The position numbers and the translations under genes are program-made. Under the pieces are notes generated by a model. It was given only the letters and a program-made list of their open reading frames with translations. It did no database searches and was not told the origin of the DNA. Shown here in pieces: positions 42,315 to 54,081 of a stretch of 64,000 bases of DNA; the first letter of the stretch is position 1, and every line of letters begins with the position of its first letter. The stretch is taken from positions 833,370 through 897,369 of the forward strand of contig NW_003314285.1 in assembly GCF_000143415.4 (NCBI RefSeq), written 5' to 3'. The stretch is from Selaginella moellendorffii (taxonomy: Eukaryota > Plantae > Lycopodiophyta).

Positions 42315-43088
42315 TTATTGCTCTACCTCGGGGTTGGGCACACCCAGGTTAGTGGCGTCGTAGTTCGTGAAGAACACGTACTGGTAGACAAGGTGTGGAA
42401 TGCACGGCTGGAACACCTGCGGTTTCACGTCCAGCATTCGTTCCAGGAGCTGCGAGTTCTCCATGATCGTGCTCAGCAGAATTTTTCCTGTGACAATGTC
42501 GGAGCTTAGCTGCCGCGAGTAGAGATTATTTCTTTTTTCTCACCGTTTTCTGCTAGGAGCAATCGAGCAGCCTCTGCGTACTTGGTCCACACCTCCGACG
42601 TGATGAAGGGAGGATCAATCACCACGAAATCGAAGCTATGGTGGAAAGCCTCTGGGATTTCCTTGGGCTTGTTGAAATCCCATTTCACGTAGTTTGGCGA
42701 TCGAGACCACTGCGCGTCCACCTATGGAAGGGAAGATTTGCAATGCAACCAAGGGAAAAGAGACGATCCTTACATCGAAAACGAAGCTACATTTCCTGAG
42801 CTGCAAATCCTTGAGCGAGAAGTAGACGCTGGGAGTGGAGAGAAACGCGGCCTTGGTAGCGCGCTCTTCGACTTCCTGGGAGACACCAATATTTCATGAA
42901 GAAACTGTGCTGTGCGCGAGGGAGATCTGATCGAGATCCGGATCAAACACACCCTAGAAATCCATGACGATCTAGATCACCTTGACAATGGCGGCGATGG
43001 TGGCGGCCGAGTACCAGTACTGATTGAGCTCCCACTTCTCGGGCGTCCTCTGGACGAATGCGCGCCCTAGCGCCTCGCCGTCCACCAT
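42315..43088 (-). CDS. EEF1A lysine methyltransferase 1-like (N6AMT2/Efm5 family), multi-exon
   Basis: EKWELNQYWYS, AFLSTPSVY, WDFNKP, FVVIDPPFI, and HLVYQYVFFTNY. Confidence 0.82.
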
Positions 43089-43218
43089 AGCCGCGGCGCG
43101 CCACAGCCTAGAATATTTACTCCGTACTACCAAGAAACCAAAAATCTGGCCAACTGTAGAGAAGCAAATCTTGGCCGCTGGAACGCCGCCACGTGTCATC
43201 GACAAAGATCGCGCTCTT

Positions 43219-45183
43219 TTAGAATGCGTTGGAGATCAAGATGTACGGTGCCGATGCCTCGGGCTCGACCTCCAGGAGCTCTCCGTACGCCCTAGCCCCG
43301 TGCTCTTGGTTCTTGTGGAGGCGGCACGCGCTCAAGAACGTCGTCCACGCCACTGGATCCGGCAGATAGGGCATGCTGTGGATCAGCTCCTCCGCGTCGC
43401 GCAGCCGCTTGGATCGCCCCAGTAGATCGATCATGCAGGTGAAGTGCTCCAGCTTGGGATCCATCGCGTAGAGCTCCTGGATCGCCAGGAATTGGGCGCG
43501 CGCGCCCTCGAGCATCCCGCAGTGGCTGCATCCCGTGAGGATCATCGAGAATGTGGTGTCGTTTGGCCGGATTCCATCGAGATCCAAGCAGCGAGCCAGC
43601 CACAAGCCGTCGCTCCAGGGACCGTGCTCCGCGTAAGCCCCGATCATACAGTTCCACACCACCAAGTTCTTGTCCTCCATTCCATCGAATATTCTTCGCG
43701 CCTTGAGCATATGCCCGCAGTGGGCATATGCCGCCACCATTGTGTTCCTGGCGATCATGTCTTGGAACGGCATAGTTTGGAAGATTTGCTCGGCCTCGAG
43801 AATATGCCGCTTCTGGGCATGTGCCTGGACCATGACACTGTACGTGACAATGTCCCAGCAGGGCATCTTCGTAAACACCGATTTAGATTCCTCGACGCGA
43901 CCGTTTGTGGAGTACGCTGAAATCATAGCCGTCCATGAAATGAGATCTTTGAATATCAACCCAGCAAAGAGTTTCTCCGATTCTAGAATATGCCCACACT
44001 GGGCATATGCCGTGAGCATCGAAACAGAAGAGACAATGTCATAGAACGGCATCTTAGCAAATATCTTATTTGCAGAGTCAAACTCCTCGTTTTCTATGTA
44101 GGCCATGAGTATCCCATTCCAAGATACCGAGCCGCGAACAGGCATATTCTCAAACATGGCGCTGGCCTCACGCAGATACCCTTGCTGGGCATATGCTTGC
44201 ATTACAGCCGTCCAGCACACGGTATCCCTCAAGGGCATCCGCTGGAACGCGTCCAACGCCTTCGAAAGATTCCTGTTCTGGGTATATGCCACTATGAGAC
44301 ACGTCCATGTCACGACGTCCCAAGCTGGCATCGAGTAAAACAAGGTCTCGGCCTCACAAAGATGCCCCGTGTTGGTATATGCCTGGAGCATGCAATTCCA
44401 TGAGATAATATTCCTTTTTGGCATGGAATCAAAAGCCTCCCTAGCTCTAGACAAACTCCCAGCCTCGGCATAAGTCTTTAACAGTGCTGTCCAAGATACC
44501 ACATCTTTCTCTGGCATCTCACCAAACAGCTTAGATGCTTTTCGAATATGCCCAGACAGGGCATATGCTTGCATCAGGCAGCTTTGGGCCACTTCATTAT
44601 GCTGGGGCATACGTCCGTACACATACTCCACATCTTCTGCTAGGCCACACTCCACAGTTACCTGGAGGACCGTACACCATGACACAATATTTCTAGTGGC
44701 CATGTCGTTGTGCATTTGCTTGGCATCGTCAAAATGCCGGTTTTTGGCAAGTGCTTGGAGCATGATATTCTGGCTCATCACGTCAGGTGAATCCATGGTC
44801 TCGTACAAATTACATGCGTGCTGGATAAAACCATGGTCTCCCAGTGCCATGACCATGGTTGTGATGCTCACGTTGTTTGGATGGGGAATCCGCTGGAAGA
44901 AAAGCTCCGTCTTGCAGATATTCCCGGACCGGGCATATGCCGAGAGCATAATGTTCCACGAATATTCGTTCTTGTGGGAGATGCTGTGGAACGCAGCCTC
45001 GGCATCCTCGAGGCTGCCACACTTGTTGTACATGTCGACGACGAGATTCGCAAGGAAGGTGTTTGATCTACAGTCGCTAGTGCCAAGAATTTCACGGTGG
45101 ATTTTTTTTGCCACAGGTAGATCCCTGGCGGCTATGCACGATTTGATGGCATTGACGAAGAAATCCTTGTCATTCCATCTCAT
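43219..45183 (-). CDS. PLS-class PPR protein with E domain, no DYW (intronless)
   Basis: LVVDMYNKCGSLEDA, repeated MP..DVVSW, GCSHCG...HFTCMIDLLGRS...AWTTFLSAC, ending at SAPYILISNAF*. The likely ATG is 45183, because the longer ORF to 45447 overlaps the CRCK gene. Confidence 0.9.
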   Translation of the reverse strand: MRWNDKDFFVNAIKSCIAARDLPVAKKIHREILGTSDCRSNTFLANLVVDMYNKCGSLEDAEAAFHSISHKNEYSWNIMLSAYARSGNICKTELFFQRIPHPNNVSITTMVMALGDHGFIQHACNLYETMDSPDVMSQNIMLQALAKNRHFDDAKQMHNDMATRNIVSWCTVLQVTVECGLAEDVEYVYGRMPQHNEVAQSCLMQAYALSGHIRKASKLFGEMPEKDVVSWTALLKTYAEAGSLSRAREAFDSMPKRNIISWNCMLQAYTNTGHLCEAETLFYSMPAWDVVTWTCLIVAYTQNRNLSKALDAFQRMPLRDTVCWTAVMQAYAQQGYLREASAMFENMPVRGSVSWNGILMAYIENEEFDSANKIFAKMPFYDIVSSVSMLTAYAQCGHILESEKLFAGLIFKDLISWTAMISAYSTNGRVEESKSVFTKMPCWDIVTYSVMVQAHAQKRHILEAEQIFQTMPFQDMIARNTMVAAYAHCGHMLKARRIFDGMEDKNLVVWNCMIGAYAEHGPWSDGLWLARCLDLDGIRPNDTTFSMILTGCSHCGMLEGARAQFLAIQELYAMDPKLEHFTCMIDLLGRSKRLRDAEELIHSMPYLPDPVAWTTFLSACRLHKNQEHGARAYGELLEVEPEASAPYILISNAF

Positions 45184-45271
45184 TTGCCCTTGCCCACGAA
45201 TATTTACCCCTCGTTGACTTTTGAACTTGGCGCGTGGAATATTTAGCCGTTGACGCGGGTATATTCGATGT

Positions 45272-46803
45272 ATGAGTGGAATATCGTTCGTAGCTAGGTT
45301 TTCGCGATTTTGGGATGGTGTCATGACAATGATCTTGAGGAAGCTGTCGCGATCCGTGACTTGCCTCAAGCCCGCCGTGCTGGAGGATGGAGCACCGATC
45401 AAGGCGCAGCGCCACTCGGATAATCGCGGTTTCAGCGACAGCTCCAATTCTTTCTCCCACGGCGGCTTCTCGCGCCAGGCGCCGGATCAGAGCATTGCCT
45501 ATCGATTCGACATGGCGGAGCTGCTGAGAATTACGGGAAATTTCTCGGCCGATCGGCTCGTCGGGCAGGGAGGGTTTGGGACGGTCTACAAGGGCCGCCT
45601 GCGCGACGGCACAGTCGTGGCAGTCAAGCGCGCAAAAAAGGTAAGAGGAGAAATTTTCTTTGTTTTTTTGCGCGATTCCTCTCGCGGCTTGTAACCAAGA
45701 TTGGCGATTTCACAGAACAATCTCGAGTCGAGAATCACGCAGGAGTTTAGGAGCGAGATCCAAATGCTGGGCAATGTGGAGCATTTGAATCTCGTGAAGC
45801 TCCTGGGGTACTTGGAGCAGGATCGCGAGAGGATCATCGTCGCGGAGTTCGTTCCAAATGGAAATCTTCGCCAGCACCTAGATGGTATGTAAGAACTTTT
45901 CTTCTCTAGCTCAATCCTCTAAAGACCTTGGCTAAACCAGGACAAAATGGAAGTGTGCTCCACTTGGCCACCAGACTGGACATCGCGATCGATGTAGCGC
46001 ACGCATTGACTTATCTCCACCTCTACGCTGGTAAGCACGATTTTTTTTAAAGATTTCTCCACCAGACCGCTACAACGCTGCCGCCGCCCAGACTTATTCT
46101 CGCGAGACCACTGTTGTTCTTGGCAGATCGTCCCATCATCCACCGCGATATCAAGTCCACCAACATCCTTCTCACGGACACCTTCCGCGCCAAGGTCAGC
46201 GACTTTGGGTTCTCGCGAACCGGTCCTGCGGACCTAGAGTCCACTCACGTCTCCACTCAAGTGAAAGGCACCGCCGGGTATGTCGACCCCGAGTATCTCC
46301 ACACTTACCAGCTCACGGACAAGAGCGATGTCTACTCGTTCGGTATTCTCGTGTGCGAGATCATCACCGGACGAAGGCCCATCGAGCTCATGCGGCATGG
46401 CGACGAGCGAGTGACCATACGATGGGTATGTTCTCCTCTCCTCACTCAAAACGTGATTTTGTTCTTCGGGTTTTACTGTTTTCGTTGATCTCTTCAGACG
46501 TATAAGAAGTTCCGGGAAGGCAGGCTTCACGAGGCTCTGGATCCGCGGATGGAGATCACGCCGGACACTTACGTGATCATCGAGCAGATGATGGAACTGG
46601 CGCTGCACTGTGTGGCACCCAAGCGAACGGACAGGCCCTCGATGAAACGCGTTGCCGAGGCGCTGTGGAACATTAGAAGAGATCACAGGCCGGAGTTGCA
46701 GCGGCTAGCCGAGAGGGAGATTTCGTCGAGCAGGGCTGTGAGCAGAAGTAACTCGAAACAAAGCGATAGTCGTGCTTCCGCTGCTGCTCATCCCTGGCTG
46801 TAA
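45272..46803 (+). CDS. receptor-like cytoplasmic kinase, CRCK/RLCK-IV-like, multi-exon
   Basis: [47 protein letters not shown], and [18 protein letters not shown]. Confidence 0.88.
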
Positions 46804-47046
46804 ATCACAAGAAAAAAAAAATTGTAAAAAAAGTGAGAGAAACAAACAAAAAAAAAAACAAGTTTTGTTAGTTCGTATCAACGATAATTCATACCTCTTT
46901 TCGTCTCTGTGCGTGATGTGCGTCAAAGCTTCCAACAAGAAGAAAAAATAGAACTTTTGTCAGAGTGACTTGTTCTTCCTTGACTTCTTCAGGCTCACGA
47001 GCGTTCGCCCAGGGTCTTGGGCTCACGAGCCTTCGGTCCTTCTGGA

Positions 47047-48054
47047 ATGGCTGCTTGCAAATCTAGTGAGCTGCTAGCACGGAACTACACGGGAGTACCT
47101 GGATTGTTCGATGTTCTTCCAGATGGATCCGTTATAAGGTCCGATATCCTCTCTCCTTCCATAGCTGCAAACTCGAGTAGCTTCACGCGAGATGTGCTCG
47201 TAGACCGCGGCACCGGCCTCCAAGTTAGAATCTTCCTCCCTGCCGCTCACTCGGCCTGTAAGGCTTCGACCCTCTCGATCATCGTCTACTTCCATGGAGG
47301 AGGCTTCTGTATGTGGACCGCCGACACTCTCTACGTCCATAACTTCTGCGCGAAGTTGGCTCGAGCAGCACACGCGCTGGTTGTCTCGGTCAGTTACAGG
47401 CTAGCTCCCGAGCACCGGCTTCCAGCGGCTTACGAAGATGGGGCTCGAGTTCTCCAGTGGCTGGCTGGTCACAAGGATTCCTCTCACTCGTTTAAGTTGG
47501 ACGAGCCCCTGGATCCCTGGATCGTGTCCCTGGCAGATTTCTCGCAGTGTTTCCTCATGGGAGAGGGCGCTGGAGCCAACGTGATCCACCACGTCATGCT
47601 GGGCCGGAGAGAAAAGTCGCTGCCTGTGCACGGCCTGATTCTAGTGCATCCGCTTTTCGGTGGCGAGGAACGGACTCCCTCGGAGGTGGAGCTCGAGAAG
47701 ACGGATATGGCTGCACCCATTGACATGCTTGACGAGTTCTGGAAGTATTGTCTGCCGCTGGGAGCTGATAGAAACCACCACTTCTCCAATCCTTTTGGGG
47801 ACGAGGTGGCCAAGAGTCTGTCCGATGCCGAGTTTCCACGGGCTCTGCTCGTTGTCGCTGGCCGGAGCTCTCTGCAGGACAGACAATTCGAGTACTTCAA
47901 CCTCTTGAAGAGTCTTAACAAAGACGTGCTGCTCTTGTTCCTCAAGAACGCAGCGCATGGCTTCGAGTACATGGAAGGACAGGTTGATCAGGCGAAGATC
48001 CTGCTCCAGTTTACCGTCCAGTTCATGGCTGAAAAGACATCCAAAGTTTCTTAG
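47047..48054 (+). CDS. CXE/GID1-family alpha/beta hydrolase-fold protein, predicted catalytically inactive
   Basis: VYFHGGGF, YRLAPEHRLPAAYED, HPLFGGEERT and AAHGF are present. The nucleophile motif reads GEGAG and the acid position reads AGRSSLQD. Confidence 0.9.
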   Translation: MAACKSSELLARNYTGVPGLFDVLPDGSVIRSDILSPSIAANSSSFTRDVLVDRGTGLQVRIFLPAAHSACKASTLSIIVYFHGGGFCMWTADTLYVHNFCAKLARAAHALVVSVSYRLAPEHRLPAAYEDGARVLQWLAGHKDSSHSFKLDEPLDPWIVSLADFSQCFLMGEGAGANVIHHVMLGRREKSLPVHGLILVHPLFGGEERTPSEVELEKTDMAAPIDMLDEFWKYCLPLGADRNHHFSNPFGDEVAKSLSDAEFPRALLVVAGRSSLQDRQFEYFNLLKSLNKDVLLLFLKNAAHGFEYMEGQVDQAKILLQFTVQFMAEKTSKVS

Positions 48055-48178
48055 AGCTCTGTGTTTGAGATTTACCTCTCAAACGCTCGCGATAAGTGAG
48101 TTTTCGTACACAATAAAATGTAAGAACCTGGAGAAATCCATCATCAAGTTTGAGAAAAAGGTTGAAACTTTCGTTACC

Positions 48179-48967
48179 TCAAAACTTTTTATAATACTGC
48201 TGCTTGAGGAGATCCAGCTTCCGTTCAAGGTCTTCGATCTTTGATCCCCACTCGGGCTTTACGACGATCGGTCTCATGACGCCGTCGATAACGCTCTTAG
48301 GGTCCTCGCTCTTGACACTTCCTTCACTGCCGCGACGATTTTTCCTCGTCATGGTCCGTCGTTTGTTTTTTTGCAGTTGACGCTCGAGCGCCGACTGCTG
48401 CAACGCTGCCAAGACTGCCTCTGAAAACGTTGATTGATCGGAAAAAGTTGCGGTAGCAATCGAAGAAGAAGAAGAAGAAGAAGAAGAAGACGAAATCGAA
48501 GATCTCTTCTTTGAAGTTTCTTCCGCATTTAAGCTGGACACGACACTGTCAATTTTCTTCTTCTTCTTCATGGCTGTTAAAACTTCGTTTCCTCCTCCGT
48601 CTTCGTCTGGGAGATCACCCTTGAAAGCTTTGGCGAAAACATTCTCCACGGCGACTTCCTTGCTCTCCCGCGGAGATTCTTGATTTTTCCGTGCGTTATT
48701 CTTTGGTTGTTCAACCACACGCTGCTGGAGTAGCGCCGCCAATCCCGCAAAGCCCTGATTTCCAAGAATCCTTTCATTCCTCTCACTCGATTGCGATCTC
48801 TTGACGCTGTTGCTACTCCCAGCCCCAAATCTGCGCTTGCCATTGCCCTGCCTGGACCTGGACGAGCCCGCGCCCTGGCAGTAGCATTCGAGTGCCCTGA
48901 ATCCACCGATGCGAGCGGCGCGCATGCGAAATTCGCTGGATGACGATGCCGCTGCTAGCGGCAGCAT
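48179..48967 (-). CDS. uncharacterised protein, possibly organelle-targeted, low complexity
   Basis: Long intronless ORF with an Arg/Ser/Ala-rich N-terminus and a helical-looking C-terminus MRPIVVKPEWGSKIEDLERKLDLL. Confidence 0.6.
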   Translation of the reverse strand: MLPLAAASSSSEFRMRAARIGGFRALECYCQGAGSSRSRQGNGKRRFGAGSSNSVKRSQSSERNERILGNQGFAGLAALLQQRVVEQPKNNARKNQESPRESKEVAVENVFAKAFKGDLPDEDGGGNEVLTAMKKKKKIDSVVSSLNAEETSKKRSSISSSSSSSSSSSIATATFSDQSTFSEAVLAALQQSALERQLQKNKRRTMTRKNRRGSEGSVKSEDPKSVIDGVMRPIVVKPEWGSKIEDLERKLDLLKQQYYKKF

Positions 48968-49324
48968 TCGCGCCTGGCGCAAATCTAGACGCGAAAGGGC
49001 TAGAAAACTCACATTCGATCCCCTCGCAAGAACTCTTCTGGAAGAACAATGAGAGCGTCACAATATCGAGCGGCCCAGAGTCCGCCACGTGTCTAAAATC
49101 TACAACCCATTAAACTTTGGTAAAGACCTAAAAGGTTCGAGAATGTAGTATAGTTTTGATCAAACTCTTAAAGGTTTGAGTAGAACAGAATATCAGGTAA
49201 AACCATATAATTTATTATGAATTCGATCTCACCAAAGAGAAATAGAAGAACAAGAGGGATTCAAAGAGTTTTACAGTTATTAGTTACGATCACTCCCACA
49301 AATTTTACCTGGAGTTCATGGCAA

Positions 49325-49669
49325 TCACTCTGGAGGACTGGCCGTGCATAGCTCCTCGAGGCAAAACAGTTTCAGATTCAATGACTTGAGCAGCCGGATC
49401 GCCTCGCAAGAACAATCGAGCAGGATGGGCGGATGCAGCAGCGCCGCGCAGCAATCCGTGACAAATTCTTGCGTTAGAGAGACGCCGAGGCACTGGGCTG
49501 GAACGTCGACATCGCCCACCAGGCACTCGCCCAGCAATGGAATCGCGCCCGTGAGAGGAGCGAGCGCTTCCAGGGGAATAGGAGGGAGATCGAGGTCCCC
49601 GCGAGCAAATCGATCGAGCATCGCGATCGAGAGAAGAGCTAGAGATAGAAACTTCATGGTAGAACTCAT
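49325..49669 (-). CDS. secreted eight-cysteine-motif (nsLTP/prolamin-fold) protein
   Basis: Signal peptide, a short Pro-rich linker and a C-C-CC-CxC-C-C pattern. A TATA-like TATAAAAA lies upstream on the minus strand at about 49721-49728. Confidence 0.75.
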   Translation of the reverse strand: MSSTMKFLSLALLSIAMLDRFARGDLDLPPIPLEALAPLTGAIPLLGECLVGDVDVPAQCLGVSLTQEFVTDCCAALLHPPILLDCSCEAIRLLKSLNLKLFCLEELCTASPPE

Positions 49670-49869
49670 CCTCTTCGTGAATGCTAGAATGAATTCTATC
49701 GATTCATCTGTTCTTGGTGGTTTTTATAAGGGGGAAAGCGCGCCAAAAGTCCAAGATTCTAGGTCCCGGGTTCGAATCCCAGTTTTGAGGGTATTTTTGG
49801 AATGTTTTCGGTGAGGAGTTCGATTCTCTTCTCCACTCCAGCAAACTAGGAGCCCTAAGTGGACGAGCT

Positions 49870-52800
49870 ATGGCGGAGCTGGAGCCGGCGCTCAAGAAGC
49901 GGCGGCATGAGGAAGCGGCGAAGAATCCATCTCCTCCTCCCGAAATCTCTCCCAGGTATGATCCATCGGAAGACATGGAGATGAGTCCCGAGCCTCCGCC
50001 GCCTCCACCTCCGCCGCAGCAGCAAGACGACGAGCTGGAAGAAGGCGAGGCCAGCGCTAACGAAGGAGACGAGGAGCTAGACAGGGGGACGATCTCGACC
50101 GCGGCCAAAATGGAGGAAGAGGTCGTCAAGAGGCGGCACCGCGGCGAGATTCGCAGCGTTTACAGGGCTTACAGGGCTTTCAAGTCGTGCCTGGCCAGGC
50201 ACCCCAGCATTGGACGTGAGCTCGACCGCGAACTGGAGAAATCCTATGGGACTCTCTTGAAGCTCGCTAATGGTGCGCATTCTATCCTCCAGTGAGAGTC
50301 TGTGTGAGAAAGAGAGCGAGCTTGTCAGGTTTGTCTAGAACTTTTCTTTGAGCTTTCCTCCTCTCTAGTTTCTTTTCTGTTTTCCTTGTGTGAAGTTTCC
50401 TCTAGATGTTTAGTTTTTTTTTTCTTTTGATGGTCTAAAGTTTGTGTTTGGTGTTTTTCCAGGTTGCTCGAGCGTTCGTCGGATTGCAGCGGAGATAATC
50501 CCGCGCTACGCAGTTTACTGCCCGACTGCTCTTGACGCGGCTGCAAGGGTAATTTTGCAGATTTGTGACTGGACTAGCTCTATTCTCGTGCATGACAAAG
50601 GTCACGATGATGTAATCGCAGAAACAGCACAAGCTTGTTTCTCTGGGCTGGTGCAACTGTCCAAAGCAGCTAACACGGTGGCTGGCTCGTTTCTGGGACT
50701 GGGTGACATGTGTGCTGGAGTTTGCCGGAATATTGCATCATATCTGCTTTGCCAGCTGAATGGGAACGAGCTTCTCTGCGAAGAAGATGAAGAAAGCTCA
50801 AGCTCAAGCGCCGGTGGCAGGAAAATCGGCCAAGTGATCTCGGAGTCGATGTCAAAGCTTTTCCGGAACGACCCGGAGAATGTGATTGCGTCTTGCTTTG
50901 AGCTTCTCCGTGCCGATGCTCCAGAGCAACGCAAGCATGCTCTACACTTTCTGGCGCAGATAGCAGTGGAAGAAATAGACGAGAAGAACACAGACACGGA
51001 GAAGAAACCATCGCCTGTGAAGTCCGGCCTCGTATCGAAGGTAGATACTTTCGCTTGAGTCACTGTTTTTTCTCACTGTTTCTCTCTTTCCACTCAGGTC
51101 ATTCACCCGAGGCCAGCTTTGGAGAAGTGGATTGTTTCTACGGTCCGAATGTTCCGAAAGATCGAAAAGGCTGACATTGTGGGGGAATGTCTCCCTAAGC
51201 TACTGGCACTGGTCAAGTCACTGCGGACTTTTACACCGTCAGACTTGGAACTCGACGAAGAGCCAGTGGAGGAGAGGTTGCTAAGCAGATCAAGAAGCCG
51301 TCTCGTCGTCACTAATCTATCCGACGAAGGTGACAGTTGCTCACGTTCCGTGCGTGCTGTGGACAGAACAGGCAGAGGATATAGTCCAGACGCAGATGGA
51401 TGGTACAGGGAACAGGAATCACGTCCAAGAAGATCAGTACGAAGTGTCACCATTGAAAGGCCATCCGATCGGATGGAAGATACGACCTGGAGTCGTCGGG
51501 ATTCTAAATATTCTGACAGCGAAGCTTCACAGCTGAGGTCTTCTCCGGGTGCTATGGACGTCTTTACAGCCTCGGAAAGTCTCTGGGTTTCTCTGCCAAG
51601 TTCCGGGGTGACGGAGTCGATGCTGCAAGCGCAGTTCAGTATATTTGGGGACCTGGACAGCGTTACTACAGTTAGAGACCAAGGCTATGGGATAGTAGCA
51701 TACAAGAACATCAGAGACGCAGTTGACGCACGGGAAGAAATGCAAGGTTCTACGGTGTGGGGGAAGGCGCTTCGAGTGAGATTTGCAGACAGTGATACAA
51801 GGTCAACTTCAAGTTGCCATGTCTGGGTGGGAAGAATCTCCAGTCAGGCTGTCAAGGAAGAGCTGCTCAACGAGTTAACAAGTGCCGGGATGAAGCCTCC
51901 TGCTTCTGTAGTTACACTGATATCATCCAGCGCTTTGCTGCTCCAGTACGATTCTCCAGAAGATGCAAACGCGGTCATGGTGTACGTCAGGCAACGGCGT
52001 AGAGAGTCTTATAGATCTTCCTATGGCACTGAAGCTGGCGGTCGACACCTTTGCATTGTTCGCATTGATCCTCTAGTTTCTGAAGACGACATTCTCTCGG
52101 CAGTTTCGCAGTACGGTGAGATCACCGGATTGAAGTTCTCACGTCAAAGCGGGTACTGCGTGATAGACTTTCGATCCTCGGAAACTGCCGCTACTGCCAG
52201 GGCTCGACTCAACGCAGCGAGATTTGGTAACCAAGCCATGGTGGTGGACTACAGGAACAAAATTCCGGCTGAGTCTGTGCTATCGCCTACATATAGCTTG
52301 TACTCCCCGCCAGCAAGAACAGCGTCCGGGACATCGGTGGCGGCAACTTTGGAGAACTTATGTAGCAAGTTCTCGTTGGGAAGTCCGGCTCCAGCAGGAA
52401 AAACAAGGCGGAGCAAATTCGATATCATCGAAAATGTTCCGACGAATACACTCTGGATTGGCTTGCCAGAAAGCGTTCCCCAGGAGTACATGAGTGAGAA
52501 CGAGCTGCGGGTTATTTTCAATATTGCCTGCGATGGTACTGGAGCCGTGACCAAAGTGCGAAGTGCTCGAAATTCCAGAGGGCCTTGTCGCTTTGTCGAG
52601 TTTGATGGGATTGACGCAGCATCTACAGCGCTCCAGAACATCACCGGGCATTTTGACCCCAGCATTCACATCGAGTTCAGGTAAGAGCAGCTCTTATTTT
52701 TCATGAGTTTTGGACTAACAGTTCTTTCTTTTTTCTTTTTTTCTTTTTTTATTTTCTCTGTAGTAACTCCGTGTTGTCTCATGCAAACGATCACCACTAT

Positions 52801-54005
52801 CGCGACCATCCACGAAGACAGGACAAAGCAGCGTCTCGTGCCTGGGATGAGTGCTACCGATCGCCATCGGCTGAGTTTGAGGAGTGTCGAACGAGGCCAA
52901 GGCCGCATGCGTGGGAAGGAAGCGCTTATGACGAAACCTTTCAGTACAACAGGAAGCAGGCATCCCCGGGCGTTGCTAGCGCAATAGGCAGTCCAGTACC
53001 GGGAAAGCTTCACTCGCAGCCACCTCCGCTAGCACCACTACCGGTAAAAAATCTTCCCGGGTATGGACAGCTAGACCGAGCAGCGACTTGGCAAGGCTCG
53101 TCTCCGCTACATCCAATCTCTCCGGCCGCGCTAACTCCTCGGCGAAGGAGCTGCTCCGTAACCATCGGTGGTATACCGACTTCGCTGTCTTCTCTACAAT
53201 CACCCGTGACTCCGGCGATGAGAAACGCTTCAGTGAGCGGCAACCGTGATCAGGCAATGCTACCAGCGTCTCCGGTTCCTCCCTTGCCGCCCGAAGCACC
53301 GCCGCCGCCGCTGCCTCCATCGTCACCACCTCCACCGCCGCCACCACCCAGTCCCCCGCCGCCGCTACCATCCTCGCCACCTCCAAGAGCGCCCAGCGAC
53401 AGGCAGGCTAAGTCGTTCTGGCGCGGGCCACTCTGCAAGAGCGGGCTCCAGTACTGCGAAGTGATGCTTTGCAGAGAGGATTTTTCAAGTGGTCCTCTTC
53501 GCGGGTAAGCTTCTCGTATATTTTTCTGGAGCTCAAAGCTAGTTTGTTTCCATGCAGGTGGCCAGACAAACTAGATGTCACCAAACGAGCTGACTGGAGG
53601 TCTTTGAAACAAACTTTCAACACCTCTCCTTCGAACGAGGCAAGTGTTGCTAAAGACTAGAGAGCTTGTCGCTCACTTTTCCATTTGATTTCTGTGTGTT
53701 CCAGCGCGAGGTATGCAGGTTGCACGCTTCTCCCGCGTCTGGAGAAAACTATAATGGGGTAAGATCGTAGTCCTTTTGCTCATTTCTTTCCTCACTACTT
53801 TCTTCTTGCACAGTTTCTCCATTTCAAGGAGTACTTAAAGCAGCGAGACCGGGCTGGAGTGGTGAAACTTCCCGGTGCAAAAGGGCTGTGGCCCCGAATG
53901 CTGTATATCTTACCCTGGACAGCGGAAGCCTCTGCCATGCTCGCGGTTTCTGCTGAACCCTCTGATTCCCTCATCTGTGTTGTTCTTCCTTGTCCTCATC
54001 AGTAG
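49870..54005 (+). CDS. RRM-repeat and C-terminal SPOC-domain protein (Spen/FPA-like architecture), multi-exon
   Basis: RRM-like blocks (SLWVSLP...YGIVAY, HLCIVRI...YCVIDF, TLWIGLP...FVEFD), a poly-Pro linker, and SPOC-like WRGPLCKSG...WPDKLDVTKR...YLKQRDRAGVVKL...LYILP. Confidence 0.82.
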
Positions 54006-54081
54006 CTTAACTTAACATCCTTTCAGCTGCAAGCGGCTTGGAATCGAACCTCGGTAAGAGCCGATGAGAGAGAGATAGCCG

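Noticed and set aside
45184-45447. N-terminal extension of the PPR ORF overlapping CRCK
   Set aside because: It has a non-ATG start and no PPR features, and the ATG at 45183 directly precedes the repeats.
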